Counted from the stretch's first letter, positions 7,437 through 17,356 are shown. The stretch: DNA of 35,943 nucleotides from Vineibacter sp. (GCA_035279205.1 DATEIF010000362.1:1-35943), one strand, 5' to 3'. Translations and numbers: made by a program. Notes: generated by a model not told the origin, from the sequence alone.

Positions 7437-9053
7437 ATGATCCAGCGTAAACGGGCGATGATCGTGGCACCCCAACCGGAAGCAGCCGAGGCGGGTGCCG
7501 AAATGCTGAGGGCGGGTGGCAACGCGGTCGATGCCGGCATCGCCTGCGCCCTGGTGCAAGGCGTCGTCGATCCCATGATGTGCGGCATAGCGGGCTTCGG
7601 CAGCTGCGGCATCTACATGCCGGCCAAGTCGTTCCATGGCTATATCGATGCCCATGCGCCGGCGCCGCTGGCCGCGCGGCCGGACATGTGGGCCAACCTG
7701 ATCGAGGCCGAGGCCCGCGATGGCTACGGTTTCATCCTCAAGGGCCGCGTCAACGATATCGGCTATCGCTCGATCTGCGCGCCGGCCAACCTGCGCATGT
7801 ACTGGGCCGCGCACCGCGCTCATGGCGCCTTGCCCTGGGCGCAGATCGTCGAGCCCGCGATCCACTGGGCGCACAACGGCTGGGCGGTGCGGCCGCACGT
7901 GCATTTCTGGTGGGCCGACGATGGCGCCATGGGACGTGCGCCCAATCACGAGCGCCTGCGCTTCACGCCGGCGGCGCGGCGCCTCTATTGCCGCGACGAC
8001 GGCTCGCCCAAGCGGGTCGGCGACATCGTGGTCAACCGCGACTATGCCGAGGTGTTGCGCCGCATCGCCAAGGGCGGTGCCGACGTCTTCTACGAGGGTG
8101 AGATCGCGCAGGCCATCGCCGACGACATGAGGCGGCATGACGCTCTTCTGACGGCCGACGACCTGCGGCAATGGCAGCCGACACACAACGCGCCGCTGTG
8201 GGGCACCTATCGCGACTGGCGCGTATCGAGCAACCAGCCGCCGGGCGGCGGCGTGATGCTGATCCAGATGCTGAACATCCTGGAGCAGTTCGATCTTGCC
8301 GGCCTGGAGCACAATTCCGTCGAGTATATCCGCGTCGTCGCCGAGGCGATGAAGCGCGCCACCATCGACAAGGACCGCCATGTCGGCGATCCGAAATTCA
8401 TCGACGTGCCGCTCGCCAGGCTGATCTCGAAAGACTATGCGCGCGCCATGGCGGACGAGATCAAGCGCGGCGTGAAGGCGAGCGTGCCGCGCTTCAACAG
8501 CGGCACGCCCAGCAAGGACACCACCCACATCTCGGCCATCGACAAGGATGGCAACTGCTTCACCATGACCCATTCGCTGGGCATGCCGTCGGGCGTGATC
8601 ACCGACGGGCTGGGCTTCATGTACAACGGCTGCATGGGCGTGTTCGATCCGCGGCCCGGGCGCGCCGGCAGCATCGCGCCGGGCAAGGCCCGCTTCAGCT
8701 CGGTGGTGCCGTCGATCCTCTTCCGCGGCGACAAGCCCGATCTGATTATTGGCGCACCCGGCGCGACGCAGATCGCCATGGGTGTCCTGCATGTGGTGCT
8801 GAACGCGCTCGACCACGGCATGACCATGGTCGAGGCGGTGTCGGCGGCGCGCTTCTCGGCCACCAGCGATGCTATCGACATCAGCAACCGCATCCCCTGG
8901 GCCACCGAGCGGGCGCTGCAGGGCCAGGGCTATGACGTGGTGCGCAGCCCCTATACCTTCGGCTTCGCCGCCGTGCATGCCATCCGGGTGCACCCCGACG
9001 GCCTCGACGGTGGCGCCGATCCGGGCCACGACGGCATCGCGCTGGCGGTGTAG
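7437..9053 (+). CDS. Gamma-glutamyltransferase-family Ntn hydrolase
   Basis: GGNAVDA, FYEGEIA, autocleavage site D/TTHIS, terminal GADP; GGAGG RBS; substrate-pocket residues atypical. Confidence 0.9.
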   Translation: MIQRKRAMIVAPQPEAAEAGAEMLRAGGNAVDAGIACALVQGVVDPMMCGIAGFGSCGIYMPAKSFHGYIDAHAPAPLAARPDMWANLIEAEARDGYGFILKGRVNDIGYRSICAPANLRMYWAAHRAHGALPWAQIVEPAIHWAHNGWAVRPHVHFWWADDGAMGRAPNHERLRFTPAARRLYCRDDGSPKRVGDIVVNRDYAEVLRRIAKGGADVFYEGEIAQAIADDMRRHDALLTADDLRQWQPTHNAPLWGTYRDWRVSSNQPPGGGVMLIQMLNILEQFDLAGLEHNSVEYIRVVAEAMKRATIDKDRHVGDPKFIDVPLARLISKDYARAMADEIKRGVKASVPRFNSGTPSKDTTHISAIDKDGNCFTMTHSLGMPSGVITDGLGFMYNGCMGVFDPRPGRAGSIAPGKARFSSVVPSILFRGDKPDLIIGAPGATQIAMGVLHVVLNALDHGMTMVEAVSAARFSATSDAIDISNRIPWATERALQGQGYDVVRSPYTFGFAAVHAIRVHPDGLDGGADPGHDGIALAV

Positions 9054-9087
9054 CGGATGGAGCATTTTCCGAGAACATCCGCACCCA

Positions 9088-9222
9088 CCTCACCCTGAGG
9101 AGCGGCCCGCGGGGCCGCGTCTCGAAGGGTGGCTACGCGCGAGCGCTGCGAACAAGCCTGACCGGGACCACGTTTGTAGCCATCCTTCGAGACGGCCGCT
9201 GCGCGGCCTCCTCAGGATGAGG
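9088..9222. repeat. Palindromic repeat family C (CCTCAyCCTGAGGAG..GTCTCGAAGG)
   Basis: Arms CCTCACCCTGAGGAGCGGCCCGCGGGGCCGCGTCTCGAAGGGTGG and CCATCCTTCGAGACGGCCGCTGCGCGGCCTCCTCAGGATGAGG. Confidence 0.88.
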
Positions 9223-9365
9223 CTGGCGGTCGATAGATCGCCAGAGTTGGTGCCCCCAAGCCGATTGCGAATTTGACGGCAGAAAGCGGAGCGCAGCGCC
9301 CGGTCCTGATCGTTAGATAGGGACTGCGCACCATGGGTGCGCGATCCCCTCAAGGAGCAGACGTG

Positions 9366-9902
9366 ATGACCTCCGCGATCATGCATGCCGCCACTGACGT
9401 CGGCGGCGAAACCATCCGCTTCGCGACCGGCCGGTGCTGGCTGGGTGTTGTCCTGGTCGCGATCAGCCACAAAGGCGTTTGCGCCATCCTGCTGGGCGAT
9501 GATCCACAGGCCTTGGCGGACGACCTCGCGCATCGCTTCGCGCATGCGACGGTGACGGCGGGCGACGAAGATGCGTCCCGGCAACTCGCCCAGGTCATCC
9601 GCTTCGTCGAGGCGCCGGCTCGGGGTGTCGATTTTCCGCTCGACCTGCGCGGCACACCATTCGAGCAGCGCGTCTGGCAGGCGCTGATGACGATCCCGGT
9701 GGGCAGCACCGCAAGCTACGGCGATATTGCCCGAAGCCTGGGCGAGCCGCGCATGGCGCGCGAGGTCGGCGAGGCCTGCGCCGCGAACGCGCTGGCGATC
9801 GCCGTGCCCTGCCACCGCATCGTCAAGGCCGACGGCGGGATCTCGGGCTACCGCTGGGGCGTGCGGCGCAAGCGCGCCCTGCTGCAGCGCGAGGCGGCGT
9901 AG
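9366..9902 (+). CDS. ogt: Methylated-DNA--protein-cysteine S-methyltransferase (Ada C-terminal-like)
   Basis: GTPFEQRVW, PCHRIV active site, GYRWG; AAGGAG RBS at 9352. Confidence 0.92.
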   Translation: MTSAIMHAATDVGGETIRFATGRCWLGVVLVAISHKGVCAILLGDDPQALADDLAHRFAHATVTAGDEDASRQLAQVIRFVEAPARGVDFPLDLRGTPFEQRVWQALMTIPVGSTASYGDIARSLGEPRMAREVGEACAANALAIAVPCHRIVKADGGISGYRWGVRRKRALLQREAA

Positions 9903-9935
9903 ATTCCGTTTCGTTCGGATGGAATGGCGATCCTT

Positions 9936-10104
9936 CCCTTCTCCCCGCGCAGGCGGGGAGAAGGTGCCCGAAGGGCGGATGAGGGGCTTCGCGATCTCTC
10001 GACCATGTCAGTGGTGCCAGCACGACTTCGACTGATCGAAGCGTCGCAAAGCCCCTCATCCGGCGCTGCGCGCCACCTTCTCCCCGCCTGCGCGGGGAGA
10101 AGGG
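9936..10104. repeat. Complete family A palindromic repeat
   Basis: Terminal hairpins CCTTCTCCCCGC..GCGGGGAGAAGG at both ends, with inner GGATGAGGGG/CCCCTCATCC arms. Confidence 0.92.
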
Positions 10105-10202
10105 ATGATGTGCGTCCACTCGAGGGCCCCTTTGTATCTGGCGATACTGCGCCGGTGATGTCGGGACGGTAGGCAGCGGCAAACCCGCCGGGAGGGCACA
10201 CC

Positions 10203-10538
10203 GTGACCGTCTATGCCATCGCGCAGATATCCATCCACGACCGGGCGCGCTACGAGCGGTATGTCGCCGGCTTCATGCCGGTGCTGATCCAGTACGGCGG
10301 CCGGCTGCTGGCGGCCGACGAGCGACCGGAGTTGGTTGAGGGCAGCTGGGGCCGGGACAAGATCATCGTCATGGAATTCGCCGATCGCGACAGCTTCCGT
10401 CGCTGGTCATCATCGGACGAATACCAGGCGATCTCGCAGGACCGTATCGCGGCGACGGACGGTACCGTCCTGCTGGTGCAGGGCGTTGCGCCAGCCACTG
10501 CGCGGGCCGCTCAGTCGACGACGTCCACCAGCAGGTAG
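10203..10538 (+). CDS. DUF1330 family protein
   Basis: YGGRLLA, VEGSW, IVMEF, W..SDEYQ pattern; GGGAGGG RBS before GTG. Confidence 0.88.
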   Translation: MTVYAIAQISIHDRARYERYVAGFMPVLIQYGGRLLAADERPELVEGSWGRDKIIVMEFADRDSFRRWSSSDEYQAISQDRIAATDGTVLLVQGVAPATARAAQSTTSTSR

Positions 10539-11194
10539 TTGCCGGCCACGACGTCGAGCCTGCCGCCGCGGCGCAGGCTGGCGATGCTGCGGGTGACCGT
10601 CACGCGCGACAGCCCGGTCATCGCCGCCATGTCATCGTGCGTGAGGCGGGTACGGATCAGCCGGCCGCGCCGGTGCGGTTCGCCCCAATGACGGCCCAGA
10701 CGGCCCAGCAGCTCGACCAGGCGTTCGGCCGGCCGGCGGTCCGTCACGGCCCCGAAGCGGGCCAGAAGCCCGTGATACTTCACGCTCAGCACGCGCGCGA
10801 TCGCCAGCGCGAACTCAGGGTCCTCGCGAAACAGGCGCTCCGTGAGCGCGCGGTCGAACAGCACGACACGCGTCGTCTCGAGCGCCACCATTTCCACGGC
10901 CGGCGGCAGGCCGTGCAGGCTGGGACCTTCGCCGCAGATGGAGCCGGGACCGATGCGTTCGACGATCACGTGCTCGCCATCGCCGCGCAGCAGGGTCGAC
11001 TGGATCAGGCCAGCCTCGATGTAGGCGAACGCCTGGCAGGGCTCACCGGGAACGACGAGCGACGCGCCGGCCGACAATGTCTGTCGCGTGCCGCGCGCGA
11101 GATGGCGTCGCACCGGCGCCAGCATGTCCTCGTCCAGCCGTCCCGTGGCGCGGCTCAAGATGGTCCACCCGTCCTCATGTGTGAGGGCGATCAT
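10511..11194 (-). CDS. Crp/Fnr family transcriptional regulator
   Basis: cNMP-type domain (GPGSICGE) and HTH LTHDDMAAMTGLSRVTVTR. Confidence 0.88.
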   Translation of the reverse strand: MIALTHEDGWTILSRATGRLDEDMLAPVRRHLARGTRQTLSAGASLVVPGEPCQAFAYIEAGLIQSTLLRGDGEHVIVERIGPGSICGEGPSLHGLPPAVEMVALETTRVVLFDRALTERLFREDPEFALAIARVLSVKYHGLLARFGAVTDRRPAERLVELLGRLGRHWGEPHRRGRLIRTRLTHDDMAAMTGLSRVTVTRSIASLRRGGRLDVVAGNYLLVDVVD

Positions 11195-11197
11195 GAA

Positions 11198-12619
11198 CTA
11201 CTTTCCAGCGGCGGTGGATACCTGGCCTACCGTAGGCGCTGCGGCGCGGCTGGTTTGCGCAGGCGCGCGCCACGGCGTCAACGCCAGCACGGCGCCGGCA
11301 AGCAGGCCGTAGGCCACCATGGCCGCGGCGATGACCCAGCACAGGATCGCGTAATCACCACCCCAGCGGATCACCAGCGTGGCACCCACCAGCACCAGGA
11401 TCAGCCGTGCCGTGGCGGCCAGCACCGGTTCGATGACGCGGCCCGAGCCTTGCGTGGCGAAATACAGGCAGATGCCGAATCCGAACAATGCGTAGGTCGG
11501 CCCCACCCGCTGCAGGTAGGTCGCCGTGGCCTCGCGCAGCAAGGGGTCGGCCGTGTAGAGGCCACTCCACCAGGACGGCATGAGGGCGAAAACGGTGCCG
11601 ACGAGGCCCGTCAGTGCGCCTGCCAGCAGGGCGCCCAAGAGTGTGATCCGCCGCGCGCGGGCGATGCGGCCGGCGCCGACATTCATGCCCACCATGGGCA
11701 CCAGCGCGGCGCCGATGCCGAACACGATCGAGATCTGCAGCATCTCCAGCCGCGCGCCGATACCGTAGCCGGCAACGGCCGTCGCACCGAAGCCGCCGAT
11801 GACGCCCGAGAGCACCATCACCGCGAACGCATTCTGCAGGGAGAAGAAGATCGCCACGCCGCCCACGCGCAGGATGTCGCGGAACATCGGCCACGACGGC
11901 CGCACGCCGGTGATCGCCGGTCGTACGCGCGATCGGGGCGAGAAGAGGAAAACCAGCGTCGCTGCGGCGCCAAGGCCATTGGCCAGGATGGTCGACCAGC
12001 CGATTCCGGCGATGCCGGACGAGGGCAGGGCACCGATCCCTTGTGTGAGGGCGTAGCCCAGCGCCATCTGCACCGCAGCCGTCGTCAGCAGGATCGCCGT
12101 CGGCATCGCCATGTTGCCGGTGCCGCGCACGATGCTGAGCAGGGTGTTCGCCAGCCAGATCGTGGTGACGCCGGCGAACAGCGTATCGGAATAGCGCAGC
12201 GCCAGATCGAGCACGGTACCGCGCGCACCCATGGCGCTGTAGATCGCCGGGCCGAAGCCGCGCATCAGCAGCGTGAACAGCACGCCGAAGCCGATGGCAA
12301 TCAGAGTCGCATGCAGGACCAGCGCACGGGCGCGCGCCAGGTCGCCGGCGCCCAGCGCGCGCGCCACCGACGACGACACGCCGCCGCCCATGGCGCCGGT
12401 CGACATGGTCTGCATCAGCACGAGAAAAGGAAAGACGTAGGCGTTCGCCGCCAGTGCCTCGGGGCCGAGCGTGCCGACGAACACCGTCTCGACCACGATC
12501 ACCAGGCTTTGCACGATCACCGTGAAGGCGTTGGGCGCCGCCAGCCGCAGGATCGTCGGCAGGATCGGACCTGTCAGGATCGCCTGTTCACGGGCGGTGC
12601 GGGTGGGAAGCGATGACAA
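11198..12619 (-). CDS. MATE family efflux transporter
   Basis: GPILPTILRLAAP, ETVFVGTLG, RGTGNM, multiple TM segments; TTG start with GAGG; 3 nt from crp, so likely an operon. Confidence 0.9.
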   Translation of the reverse strand: MSSLPTRTAREQAILTGPILPTILRLAAPNAFTVIVQSLVIVVETVFVGTLGPEALAANAYVFPFLVLMQTMSTGAMGGGVSSSVARALGAGDLARARALVLHATLIAIGFGVLFTLLMRGFGPAIYSAMGARGTVLDLALRYSDTLFAGVTTIWLANTLLSIVRGTGNMAMPTAILLTTAAVQMALGYALTQGIGALPSSGIAGIGWSTILANGLGAAATLVFLFSPRSRVRPAITGVRPSWPMFRDILRVGGVAIFFSLQNAFAVMVLSGVIGGFGATAVAGYGIGARLEMLQISIVFGIGAALVPMVGMNVGAGRIARARRITLLGALLAGALTGLVGTVFALMPSWWSGLYTADPLLREATATYLQRVGPTYALFGFGICLYFATQGSGRVIEPVLAATARLILVLVGATLVIRWGGDYAILCWVIAAAMVAYGLLAGAVLALTPWRAPAQTSRAAAPTVGQVSTAAGK

Positions 12620-12742
12620 GCCGGATCCTCGGAGTTGTGTGCCGTGTACCTACACGTATCTGTCGGCCGTGACACCGGAGAATGGCATGCTGGATAATAA
12701 GTTTTCCTCATGAGTCGGCGGGATGACGAGGGGGCCCCAGGC

Positions 12743-12771
12743 TTGACAGTGCGGGCACCGGCGGAAACTGT
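12743..12771 (+). promoter_or_regulatory. Putative sigma70 promoter giving a leaderless mtnA mRNA
   Basis: TTGACA-N17-AACTGT; ATG lies 8 nt after the -10; no SD sequence. Confidence 0.6.
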
Positions 12772-12778
12772 GCGGGCC

Positions 12779-13888
12779 ATGAAAGTCGACGGCAAACCGT
12801 ACCGCACCATCTGGCTCGCCGATGACGGCCGCTCGGTCGACGTGATCGATCAGACGCGCCTGCCACACGCGTTTGTCGTCCGCCGGTTGACCTCGATGCC
12901 GCAGGTTGCCGAGGCCATTCGCACCATGGTGGTGCGCGGTGCGCCGCTGATCGGCGCCGCCGGCGCCTATGGCCTGGCGCTGGCGGCGGCGGAGGATCCG
13001 GCGGATGCCGCGCTGGATTGCGCGCATGCGCTCCTGTTGCAGACGCGGCCGACGGCGGTCAACCTGCGCTGGGCGCTGGACGATGTGCGGGACGGGCTGC
13101 GGCAACTGCCGCCGGCTGAACGACGCGAAGCGGCCTACGCCCGCGCTGCGGCGATTTGCGACGAGGATGTCGCCATCTGTCGCGCGATCGGCGACAACGG
13201 GCTGCGTCTGATCCAGGACATCGCGGCACACAAGCCGGAGGGCGAGCGGATCAATGCGCTGACCCACTGCAATGCCGGCTGGTTGGCTACGGTCGACTGG
13301 GGCACGGCGCTGGCGCCGATCTACCGGGCGCACGGCGAGGGCATCCCCGTTCACGTGTGGGTCGACGAGACGCGGCCGCGCAACCAGGGTGCCAGCCTGA
13401 CGGCCTTTGAGCTGGGGCGCCACGGCGTTCCGCACACCGTGATCGCCGATAATGTCGGCGGCCACCTGATGCAGCACGGCATGGTCGATTTCTGCATCGT
13501 CGGCACCGATCGCACGACGCGCCGCGGCGATGTCTGCAACAAGATCGGCACCTACCTGAAGGCGCTGGCGGCGCATGACAATGGCGTGCCGTTCTATGTG
13601 GCGCTGCCCTATCCCACGATCGACTGGACGCTGGGCGACGGCGTGCGCGAGATCCCGATCGAACAGCGCGATGGCCGCGAGGTCTCGCACATCGCGGGAC
13701 GCACCGCATCCGGCGCCTACGAGGAGGTGGTGCTGGTGCCCGACGGCAGCGACGTCGCGAACTATGCGTTCGATGTCACGCCGGCACGACTGGTCACCGC
13801 TTTGATCACCGAGCGCGGCGTCTGCCCGGCGAGCGAAGCAGGGCTGCTGTCGCTCTACCCGGAGCAACGCGCACGGCATTCGGCTTGA
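12779..13888 (+). CDS. mtnA: S-methyl-5-thioribose-1-phosphate isomerase
   Basis: [46 protein letters not shown]. Confidence 0.96.
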   Translation: MKVDGKPYRTIWLADDGRSVDVIDQTRLPHAFVVRRLTSMPQVAEAIRTMVVRGAPLIGAAGAYGLALAAAEDPADAALDCAHALLLQTRPTAVNLRWALDDVRDGLRQLPPAERREAAYARAAAICDEDVAICRAIGDNGLRLIQDIAAHKPEGERINALTHCNAGWLATVDWGTALAPIYRAHGEGIPVHVWVDETRPRNQGASLTAFELGRHGVPHTVIADNVGGHLMQHGMVDFCIVGTDRTTRRGDVCNKIGTYLKALAAHDNGVPFYVALPYPTIDWTLGDGVREIPIEQRDGREVSHIAGRTASGAYEEVVLVPDGSDVANYAFDVTPARLVTALITERGVCPASEAGLLSLYPEQRARHSA

Positions 13889-14207
13889 TCGCACCGACTG
13901 CCCGACAGTGATGGGCCGACAGCGACGAGCACGGCGCGCCTTGTTTATCGTGCTGTCGAATGGGCATTGATTGCCCGCGTCTCTTGTTTTAGCTTCGCAT
14001 GGCGAAAATTCGGCCGATCAGGCCGACCAGATAAATCCGGACATACGAACCGGCGTTGGGTCGCGCAGTACCGCATCACCGTAGCTTTGCATTCGCACAT
14101 TGCCGGCGCGCAGCGCCGGCCAAGCCAGACCGGACACAGGGAGCCGGCGCTGGGTCGTGCAGTCACGGCTGCCGACCCACGACAAAGCACGCTATGGGAG
14201 GTGACAC

Positions 14208-15278
14208 ATGTTTCTCAGAATCATGTCCGCGGCCGCTCTGGCCGCGACCATTGCCATGCTGAGCGCTACGCCAGGGACAGCGCAGGACAAGGTTCGCTGG
14301 AAGATGCAGAGCACGTTCGGCAGCCAGCTGCCGCATCTCGGCCCGTCGGGCGTGCGCTTCACCAAGGACGTCGAGCGGCTGTCCGGCGGCAAGTTCGAGA
14401 TCAAGTTCTTCGAGCCCGGCGCGCTGGTTCCGGCACTGGAGTGCTTCGACGCGGTATCCAAGGGTTCGATCGAGTCATGCTGGACGACGCCGGGCTACCA
14501 CACCGGCAAATATCCGGCGCTTGCCTTCTTCACGACCGTGCCGTTCGGGCCGGGCATCGGCGAGTTCCTGGCGTGGAAGTGGCATGGCGGCGGCAACAAG
14601 CTGCGCGACGAGATCTATGCCCAGCATGGCCTGAAGGCCTTCGACTGCTTCTGTATCGGCCCCGAAACGTCGGGCTGGTTCCGCAAGGAGGTGAAGGGTG
14701 TCGAGGACATGAAAGGCATCAAGATGCGCTTCTTCGGCCTGGGCGCGCGGGTGATGGAGAAGATGGGGGTGTCGACGCAGCTGCTGGCGGCGGCCGACAT
14801 CTTCCCGGCGCTGGAAAGGGGCGTAATCGACGCCACCGAGTTCTCGATGCCGACGATGGACATCCAGCTGGGCTTCCACCAGATCGCGAAGTTCAACTAC
14901 TTCCCGGGCTGGCACCAACAGGTGTCGTGCAGCGAGTTCCTGATGAACGCCAAGGCGTTCGATGCGTTGCCTGCTCCCTACAAGGCGATGATCGAGGTCG
15001 CAGCCCAGGCTCAGGTGATCTTCACCTATGCCGAGACCGAGGCCTCGCAATTCGGTCCGATGCAGGAGATGCAGAGCAAGCACGGCGTGCAGGTGCGTCG
15101 CTGGAGCGACAAGGATCTTGCTGCCTATGAGAAGGCGTGGCTCGAGGTCATCGCCGAGGATTCCGCCAAGGATCCGCTGTTCAAGAAGATCGCCGACCAC
15201 TACCTCGACTTCCGCAAGAAGTACGCCGTGTGGGGCGACTCGCAGACGATGAAAGCGACCTACCTCAACAGCAAGTAG
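14208..15278 (+). CDS. TRAP transporter solute-binding protein, TakP-like (2-oxo acid) subfamily
   Basis: Signal peptide, WKMQSTF, GWFRKE, KMRFFGLG (carboxylate-binding Arg), YFPGWHQ. Confidence 0.9.
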   Translation: MFLRIMSAAALAATIAMLSATPGTAQDKVRWKMQSTFGSQLPHLGPSGVRFTKDVERLSGGKFEIKFFEPGALVPALECFDAVSKGSIESCWTTPGYHTGKYPALAFFTTVPFGPGIGEFLAWKWHGGGNKLRDEIYAQHGLKAFDCFCIGPETSGWFRKEVKGVEDMKGIKMRFFGLGARVMEKMGVSTQLLAAADIFPALERGVIDATEFSMPTMDIQLGFHQIAKFNYFPGWHQQVSCSEFLMNAKAFDALPAPYKAMIEVAAQAQVIFTYAETEASQFGPMQEMQSKHGVQVRRWSDKDLAAYEKAWLEVIAEDSAKDPLFKKIADHYLDFRKKYAVWGDSQTMKATYLNSK

Positions 15279-15299
15279 CCGTCGAACGCTGTGGCGATG

Positions 15300-15328
15300 C
15301 CGGGCATCGATGGATCATCGATGCCCGG
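15300..15328 (+). other. Perfect 13-bp intercistronic hairpin (mRNA stabiliser or attenuator)
   Basis: CCGGGCATCGATG-GAT-CATCGATGCCCGG after the SBP stop; no U tract. Confidence 0.6.
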
Positions 15329-15393
15329 GGACGCGCGGAATTGAGATCGGGTGCACGCAGGCACCGGCTCCGGCGCAGGGGGAGCGCGACATC

Positions 15394-15954
15394 ATGAAAG
15401 CACTGCTGGCGATCGCCGAGTGGATCCGACGGACGTTGGAACGGGTCGCTTTCGCGTCTGGTTGGCTGCTGGTGGTGATGGCCTGCGTCATCACGTTCGA
15501 CGTGCTGGCGCGCAAGATCGGCCTGCAGTTGCCCTATACCAAGCTGCAGGAACTTGAGTGGCATTTCCACGCCGCCATCTTCTCGCTGTGGATGGGTTAT
15601 TGCTACACGATCAACGCCCATCCCCGGGTCGATTCCTTCACCGAGCGCCTCAGCCTGCGCCGCAAGGCCTGGGTCGAGCTGGCCGGCTGCGTGCTGTTCG
15701 CCTTGCCCTACATTGCCCTGGTGTCGTGGTACAGCATCGACTTCGTCGTCCAGTCGTACCGGTTGAACGAGACGTCCGACAGCCCCGTCGGGCTCTCGCA
15801 CCGTTGGGTGCTGAAGGGCATTTACGCGGCCGGCCTGTGGATGGTGGTGGCCGGCATCCTAAGCGTGCTGCTGCGCGTGATTGCCTTGCTGTTCGGCGGC
15901 CGGTCGCCGGAAGAAGTGAATCTGCAGATCGGCCACACGGTGGCGGAAGTCTAG
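15394..15954 (+). CDS. TRAP small permease (DctQ family)
   Basis: 4 TM segments, QELEWHF, HPRVD; GGGGAG RBS. Confidence 0.9.
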   Translation: MKALLAIAEWIRRTLERVAFASGWLLVVMACVITFDVLARKIGLQLPYTKLQELEWHFHAAIFSLWMGYCYTINAHPRVDSFTERLSLRRKAWVELAGCVLFALPYIALVSWYSIDFVVQSYRLNETSDSPVGLSHRWVLKGIYAAGLWMVVAGILSVLLRVIALLFGGRSPEEVNLQIGHTVAEV

Positions 15955-15964
15955 GGAGGCTGCC

Positions 15965-17356
15965 GTGCTCGACTGGCTCGCCGACAACCTCGCCCTGATC
16001 ATGTTCGTGGCGATGTTCTTCGTCATTTTCTGCGGCTATCCCGTGGCCTACGTCATGGGCGGGATGGCGCTGCTCTTCGCCCTGCTCGGCGCGGAGCTGG
16101 GCGTCTTCAGGCTCATCAGCGTGTCCGACGTCGTCCTGCGCATGTGGGGCCAGGTCGCCATAGACCCGGTATTGGCCTCGGTCCCGATGTTCATCTTCAT
16201 GGGCACCATCCTCGAGCGATCGGGATCGGCCAAGGCGATGCTGGACGCGACCGAAGTGATGCTCAAGCGCGTGCCCGGCGCGCTGGCGGTGGCCGTCATG
16301 GTGATGGGCACCATCCTCGCCGCGCCGATCGGCGTGGTCGGCGCCGCCGTCGTCACGCTCTCCCTCATCGCACTGCCGCAGATGCTGAAGGCGGGCTACG
16401 ACAAGCGGCTGGCGATCGGCACCATCGCCTCGGCCGGGACGCTCGGCATCCTTATCCCGCCGGCGATCATGCTGGTAGTGATGGCCGAGATGCTGGGCAC
16501 GTCGGCCGGCTATCTGTTCCTGTCATGCTTCATGCCGGGCTTCGTTCTCTCCGGTCTCTACATTCTCTACATCCTGGGTGTCGCCATCCTGCGTCCGGGT
16601 ACGGCGCCCAAGCTGACGGCGGACTACGGGCCGCAGACCCGCCGCGAGTTCTGGCACACGATCTGGCGCGGCATGTTTCCGATGACGGCGCTGATGGTGA
16701 TCGTGCTCGGCTCGATCTTCGCCGGCTGGGCGACGCCGACCGAGAGCGGCGGTGTCGGCGTGCTGGGCTCCATGCTGATTGCCGCCCTGAACAATCGCCT
16801 GAACGTCAGGATGGTGCACGAGGCCGTCATCTCGGCCTGTCGCGCCAATGGGCTGGTATTCATGATCTTTCTCGGCGCGACCGGGTTCTCCCTGGTCTTT
16901 CGCCTGTTGGGTGGCGACGACCTGATGATCTCGACATTGTCGGGCCTGGGCATCGACACCAAGTGGGAGATGCTGACCTTCGTGATGGTCCTGATCTTCC
17001 TGCTGGGCTTCCCCTTCGAGTGGATCGAGATCTGCCTGATCGTGCTGCCGATCTTCGGGCCGATCCTGGCGAAGTACGATTTCTCCGATCACCTTGGGTC
17101 GGGGGCGGGCCAGGCACATCTGCTGACCTGGTTCGGGACCTTGGTCGCGGTCAACCTGCAGACCGCTTTCATGACGCCGCCCTTCGGCGCCACGCTGTTC
17201 TACATGAAGGGTACGGCGCCGCCCGGCGTCACCATGACAGACGTCTATCGCGGCATGTATCCGTTCGTCGCCTTGCAGGTGGTCGGCCTGATGCTGTGCA
17301 TCTACTATCCCGGCATCAGCCTGTGGCTGCCCCGGCTGGCCGGCTTTCTTGACTAG
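15965..17356 (+). CDS. TRAP large permease (DctM family)
   Basis: PMFIFMG, GTLGILIPP, TPTE, TPPFG motifs. Confidence 0.93.
   Translation: MLDWLADNLALIMFVAMFFVIFCGYPVAYVMGGMALLFALLGAELGVFRLISVSDVVLRMWGQVAIDPVLASVPMFIFMGTILERSGSAKAMLDATEVMLKRVPGALAVAVMVMGTILAAPIGVVGAAVVTLSLIALPQMLKAGYDKRLAIGTIASAGTLGILIPPAIMLVVMAEMLGTSAGYLFLSCFMPGFVLSGLYILYILGVAILRPGTAPKLTADYGPQTRREFWHTIWRGMFPMTALMVIVLGSIFAGWATPTESGGVGVLGSMLIAALNNRLNVRMVHEAVISACRANGLVFMIFLGATGFSLVFRLLGGDDLMISTLSGLGIDTKWEMLTFVMVLIFLLGFPFEWIEICLIVLPIFGPILAKYDFSDHLGSGAGQAHLLTWFGTLVAVNLQTAFMTPPFGATLFYMKGTAPPGVTMTDVYRGMYPFVALQVVGLMLCIYYPGISLWLPRLAGFLD

Noticed and set aside
10511-10538. 28-nt convergent overlap of DUF1330 and crp
   Set aside because: Short 3' overlaps are ordinary in GC-rich genomes
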